This document shows, piece after piece, positions 63,224 to 63,506 of a stretch of DNA of 63,506 nt (position 1 is the stretch's first letter; every line of letters begins with the position of its first letter). The DNA is from Mustelus asterias (lineage: Eukaryota). Location of the stretch: NCBI RefSeq assembly GCF_964213995.1, contig NW_027592097.1, positions 1 to 63,506 on the forward strand, in the 5' to 3' direction. The notes beneath the pieces are model-generated. The model had not been told where the DNA came from and did no database searches. It worked only from the letters and a program-made list of their open reading frames with translations. The translations under genes and the position numbers were made by a program.

Positions 63224-63506
63224 ACCCAATATCCCGGTTGAGGCTGTCCTCATGTCTGCGGAACCTGGCTATCAGTTAGCCATCTGATAACCAGGTTCAG
63301 CACACATGAGGACGGACTCAACCGGGATATTGGGTTCATGTCACACTATCTGTAACCCCTACAACCTGCCTGGATGTGCAAAATCTCACTAGCTGTCCTG
63401 TCTGGAGACAATACACATCTCTTTAACCTGTGCTTAATGCTCCCTCCACTCACATTGTCTGTACCTTTAAGATTTGATTAGCTGTAATGACTCACATTCC
63501 AATCAT
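63224..63506 (+). mobile_element. Penelope-like family 1, 3' ORF end (GIY-YIG tail) with inverted 5' segment; runs off the window
   Basis: 63284-63355 reads LITRFSTHEDGLNRDIGFMSHYL*, with the GLN motif typical of PLE endonuclease ends; 63224-63275 is an inverted copy of 63284-63335. Confidence 0.75.

Overview
Eukaryotic, repeat-rich genomic DNA, almost certainly from a shark or other elasmobranch, judged from the HE1/V-SINE-type tRNA SINEs and the CR1, Rex1/Babar, L2 and Penelope-like remnants. It holds three spliced genes. (1) The last three coding exons of a B4GALNT2-like beta-1,4-GalNAc transferase (+, 5037-10271). (2) A tandem paralogue, apparently complete, with 10 coding exons and about 509 aa (+, 22652-36481). 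(3) TUT1/Star-PAP, the U6 terminal uridylyltransferase, convergent on the minus strand with 9 exons (62544-42264); its first exon lies beyond the window. The most unusual signal is a family of short palindromic Penelope-like (PLE) insertions with 11-13 bp target-site duplications. Their arms carry minimal type-I hammerhead ribozyme motifs (CUGANGA-helix II-GAAA-GCUH). The parent terminal repeat (GIY-YIG GLNRD end, ribozyme, AATAAA, ORF start) can be stitched together from fragments in the window, and a second hammerhead-bearing PLE family is also present. Other oddities: a MITE inserted inside a stop codon, three templated copies of local sequence, and two SINE tails that resemble two different LINE clades. 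All calls come from reading the sequence by eye; no searches or folding programs were run, and repeat boundaries are approximate.
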